The position numbers and the translations under genes are program-made. A stretch of DNA of 64,000 nt, taken from positions 354-64,353 of the forward strand of contig JBGPDC010000004.1 of assembly GCA_041482115.1 (NCBI GenBank). Reading direction: 5' to 3'. Below, one piece after another: positions 60,588 through 64,000 of this stretch. The first letter of the stretch is position 1; each line of letters starts with the position of its first letter. A model generated the notes under the pieces. That model ran no database searches. It saw nothing but the letters and a program-made list of their open reading frames with translations, and was not told the origin of the DNA. This DNA is from Terriglobia bacterium (lineage in GTDB: Bacteria > Acidobacteriota > Terriglobia > Bryobacterales > JACQDG01).

Positions 60588-61721
60588 ATGATTTTCGCTC
60601 GCTCGGCCGCCACCGGCCGAGCTGTTGAGATTGAGATTCAGGACGGCCGTTTGCAGCGTGTCGCGGAGACGTCGCGCGACGCCGGCGGACTCTGGGTTGC
60701 GCCCGGAATGATCGATCTGCAGGTGAACGGCTTCGCCGGCGTCGACTACAACGATCCGGTGGCGCCTCTCGCTGAGATCGCGCGGTCGATTCGCGCCATA
60801 CGCGCGACGGGCGTGACGCGATTTCTTCCGACCGTGATCACCGGCTCTCGCGAGCATATGCGGGACGCGCTCCGCAATCTGGTTCACGCTCGCGACGAGC
60901 TGGACGAGGGCCGTTCGATCGCCGGGTTCCACGTGGAAGGGCCGTTCCTTTCCCCCTTGGACGGTCCCCGGGGCGCGCACCCTCGGGAACACATCCGCCC
61001 TCCCGATCGTGACGAGTTTCAGCGCTGGCAGGAGGCGGGGGGCGGTGGCATCCGGCTGCTGACCCTGGCGCCTGAGACCTCGGGGGCGCTCGACCTGATC
61101 GAGTTCGCCGCTCGGCAGGGCGTGGTGGTGAGCCTTGGCCATACCGGCGCTACGCCGGAGCAGATTCGCGAGGCGATTGATGCTGGGGCGACGATGTCCA
61201 CCCACTTAGGGAATGGGTCCCACGGGGTGCTGCCACGGCATCCGAACTACATTTGGGAGCAGATGGCGGCCGATGAACTTTACGCCGGCCTGATCGTGGA
61301 CGGCATCCACCTGCCGCCGGCGTTCGTGAAGTGCGCGGTACGAGCCAAGGGCCTGGAGCGCAGCGTGCTCGTGACCGACGCCAGCTCTCCGGCCGATGGC
61401 GCGCCGGGCCGCTACCGGCTGGGCGATGTCGAATTGGAGCTGACCACGGAGAACCGCGTGCAGATTGCCGGAACCCGCCAGTTGGCCGGCTCAGCGCTGC
61501 GGATGGATCGCGGCGTCGAGAACCTGATGTCGTTCGCCGGCCTCACGCTCGCGCGGGCGCTCGGTCTGGCGACCGTAAACCCGGCACGCGCCCTGCGCCT
61601 CGCCGGCCGCACCGGTTTCCTCGAGCCCGGCGACACGGCCGACCTGATGCTGTTCCGCTTCGACCCGGCCGGACCACGCCTCGCGGTGGAGAAGGTGATC
61701 TGCTCCCCCCTGGCAGTTTGA
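60588..61721 (+). CDS. nagA: N-acetylglucosamine-6-phosphate deacetylase family amidohydrolase
   Basis: PGMIDLQVNG, HVEGPFLS, GAHP, TLAPE, GHT, THLGN, LVTDA. Confidence 0.88.
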   Translation: MIFARSAATGRAVEIEIQDGRLQRVAETSRDAGGLWVAPGMIDLQVNGFAGVDYNDPVAPLAEIARSIRAIRATGVTRFLPTVITGSREHMRDALRNLVHARDELDEGRSIAGFHVEGPFLSPLDGPRGAHPREHIRPPDRDEFQRWQEAGGGGIRLLTLAPETSGALDLIEFAARQGVVVSLGHTGATPEQIREAIDAGATMSTHLGNGSHGVLPRHPNYIWEQMAADELYAGLIVDGIHLPPAFVKCAVRAKGLERSVLVTDASSPADGAPGRYRLGDVELELTTENRVQIAGTRQLAGSALRMDRGVENLMSFAGLTLARALGLATVNPARALRLAGRTGFLEPGDTADLMLFRFDPAGPRLAVEKVICSPLAV

Positions 61722-61728
61722 GGGGCGG

Positions 61729-62730
61729 TCAGGCCGCCGCCGGCAGCCAGCCCCGCACGGCCTCCACCATTTGGCGCGCCTGGCGAGCCTGGCTGGCTTC
61801 ACCGCAGCGCTCGAACCCTTCGAGCGCCTCGCGAAAGCACTCGGCCGCCTGCTGCAGACTCTCGCGCGGGTCCGCGCCACGCCGTTCGAGAAAGGCTTGC
61901 CCGCGGTTGAACTGGGTCACCGCATAGTCCCGGGGATAGGCCTGCTTGGTGCGTACCCGCAGCGCCCGCTCGAAATGGCGTAGCGCTCGCCGCACGTGGC
62001 GGTCCTTCTCGCCGGCGTCTCGGGCCGGGATCGAAACATAGGCATTGCCCAAATTGTTGTGCACCGCGGCGTTCTCGACCGGATACCGCGCCGCCCGGTA
62101 GATCCGCAGGGCGCGGCAATAGCAGGACACGGCGCGCCAAGTGTTCGTGCGCCGGTCTCCGTTCGGAAGCGACCGATAGGCGGCGCCGAGGTTCTCGAGC
62201 GTTGCGGCGTAGCGCTCCCGGTCTGGTAGCGCGGCCCGTACCACGAGCGCCCGGCGGAAGTGATCCACCGCTTCCACCCAGCGGGACGGCTCGGTCGCCG
62301 CCAGGTCGGACTTCGCGAGACCCAGGTTGTTCTCTTCCCTCGCCCAGTCTTCCGCCAGGCCCGCCGTCTGATAGATCGCCGCCGCCTTCTCATAACACTC
62401 GATCGCCGCTGCCAGACGCGCCGGCCGGGGCAGCCGAAGAGAGTTCAGATAACTGTTCCCGAGCGCTCCCAGGATCTGAGCGCGGAGTAGGACGGGCGAC
62501 TCCGGCCCGCAAGAAGAGAGCGCCGCGCGAAAGTATTCGAGGGCGATCTCCCGGTCGACGAGGGAGTGCGGCCGGCAGACTCCGCTAAAGCAAACACCCA
62601 ACTGGTAGCGAAGCTCGGCCGCTCCCGGGTGCTCCAGAGTGATCTCCTCGAGCGCCGCGATGGCCTCTTCGCAGCGGCCTTGCCGGCAAATGGACCCGAT
62701 CCGTTGGAGCTGCAGGCTGGCCTCCGCCAT
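61729..62730 (-). CDS. Tetratricopeptide repeat protein
   Basis: Repeated NNLG/NLG helices; AGGAGG before ATG 62730. Confidence 0.8.
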   Translation of the reverse strand: MAEASLQLQRIGSICRQGRCEEAIAALEEITLEHPGAAELRYQLGVCFSGVCRPHSLVDREIALEYFRAALSSCGPESPVLLRAQILGALGNSYLNSLRLPRPARLAAAIECYEKAAAIYQTAGLAEDWAREENNLGLAKSDLAATEPSRWVEAVDHFRRALVVRAALPDRERYAATLENLGAAYRSLPNGDRRTNTWRAVSCYCRALRIYRAARYPVENAAVHNNLGNAYVSIPARDAGEKDRHVRRALRHFERALRVRTKQAYPRDYAVTQFNRGQAFLERRGADPRESLQQAAECFREALEGFERCGEASQARQARQMVEAVRGWLPAAA

Positions 62731-62925
62731 GGCCCGGCCCTCCTGCCATTGACATGTGCACGCCAATCGCCAATCGCTGCAGAGACGGTTTCTAGATGGC
62801 TCCCAGGCGGTTGAGAATACCCGGTCCCTCGGGTTGGTTCTCGTAATGGGCGGTACGCACCCAGGCCAACTGCCCTTCGCTGCGGCGAATGGCCCAGAAG
62901 TGGACGTCCCCGTACTGCCGGTTGC

Positions 62926-64000
62926 CTACTTTCCGGGCGGACCGAATCCGCCGCCTCCGGGACTCTCGATCGTCAGGATGTCGCCGGGGCGAACTTCCAC
63001 GCGCGTCTTTCCAGGCAACGAGCGCTTGTTAAGCCGGTTCCGGCCGGGTTTCCCAGGCCTTCCGCCGGCCAGCCCATAGGGTCCTCGCCGGCGCCGGTCT
63101 GAAAGGATCGAAACGTCGGCGGCGGTGAGGAATTCGATCTCCTTGATGATGCCTTCCCCGCCCCGATAGCGGCCCGCTCCCCCCGACCCGCGCCGCACCC
63201 CGTAACGGCGGATCCGCACCGGGTAGAGATGCTCCATAGCCTCGACGGGCGTGTTCAAGCTGTTGGTCATGTGAGTGTGGACCGCGCTCAGCCCTGGACT
63301 GTTCGGCCGTGCCCCCATGCCTCCGGCGATCGTCTCGTAGTACGCGAACGGCGCACCGGTGCGCGGGTCGATGCCCCCCATGGTCCAGTTGTTCATGGTG
63401 CCGGAGGAGGCCGCGGGAATGCGGTCCGGCAGGGCCTGCGCCAGAGCGCCGAGCACGACGTCCGTGATGCGTTGCGAGGTTTCGACATTTCCGCCTGCCA
63501 CGCTCGCCGGAGGCTGGGCGTCGACGATCGTTCCGGGGCGCGTGATGACCTCCAGCGGGCGCATCAACCCGGCATTGTACGGCACGTCCCCGGCCACCAG
63601 GCAGCGGAAGCAATACATCACGGCCGAAAGGGTCACGGCGCGGTTCGCATTCACACCGCCGGACACCTGGGCGCCCGAGCCGGAGAAGTCCACCACGGCG
63701 CGGCCACTTTCCGGAAGCACCTCGAGCCGGCAATGAATCCGGATCGGCGTATCGGTGATGCCATCGTCGTCGAGGAAATCTTCGAAGTCGTATTCGCCGG
63801 CCGGAATCTCTGCCACGCAGGCCCGCATGAGCCGCTCGGCGTAGTCCTGCAGCTCGGCCATGCGGCGGGTAATCTCGTCTCGCCCATAGGTGGCCGTGAC
63901 CGCGCGCAGCCGGCGCTCGCCGACGCGGTGGGCGGCGATCTGCGCCCCGATATCGCCCCGCCGCTCATCGGGAGTGCGGACGTTGGCCAGCAGCAGCGCG
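62926..64000 (-). CDS. Hydantoinase B / 5-oxoprolinase family protein, 5' end outside the window
   Basis: GGNVETSQR, GTMNN, YYETIAGGMG, HTHMTN, SPGGGGFG. Confidence 0.92.
   Translation of the reverse strand, partial: ALLLANVRTPDERRGDIGAQIAAHRVGERRLRAVTATYGRDEITRRMAELQDYAERLMRACVAEIPAGEYDFEDFLDDDGITDTPIRIHCRLEVLPESGRAVVDFSGSGAQVSGGVNANRAVTLSAVMYCFRCLVAGDVPYNAGLMRPLEVITRPGTIVDAQPPASVAGGNVETSQRITDVVLGALAQALPDRIPAASSGTMNNWTMGGIDPRTGAPFAYYETIAGGMGARPNSPGLSAVHTHMTNSLNTPVEAMEHLYPVRIRRYGVRRGSGGAGRYRGGEGIIKEIEFLTAADVSILSDRRRRGPYGLAGGRPGKPGRNRLNKRSLPGKTRVEVRPGDILTIESPGGGGFGPPGK

Overview
High-GC chromosomal window that looks acidobacterial (Bryobacterales-like). The placement is inferred from an Oar-type TonB-dependent receptor, a Gly-rich TonB, DUF6152 and a cytochrome c/PQQ-fold protein. 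It is mostly housekeeping and envelope genes (tsaC, mutM, hpt, lgt-lspA-ileS, hppA, sucA, metY, nth, chdC-like, aas-like, ilvE, nagA). It also holds a 5'-truncated ISNCY/IS1202-type insertion sequence, tRNA-Gln(CTG) followed by a small accessory patch (TIR-domain protein and a RelE/HigB-XRE toxin-antitoxin pair), two two-component systems and two sigma54 activators with readable target promoters. Signals not explained by ordinary genes: (1) a ~276-nt, heavily base-paired, promoter-driven minus-strand ncRNA candidate at 60166-60441 with two DnaA boxes upstream; (2) a cytidylate-kinase-like/PD-(D/E)XK fusion near an atypical HPRT; (3) a structured, possibly pseudoknotted leader before hppA; (4) a multibranch palindromic element inside the transposase 3' end; (5) a secreted hemicentin/VWA7-like protein. 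All family calls come from reading motifs by eye; no searches or folding programs were run.
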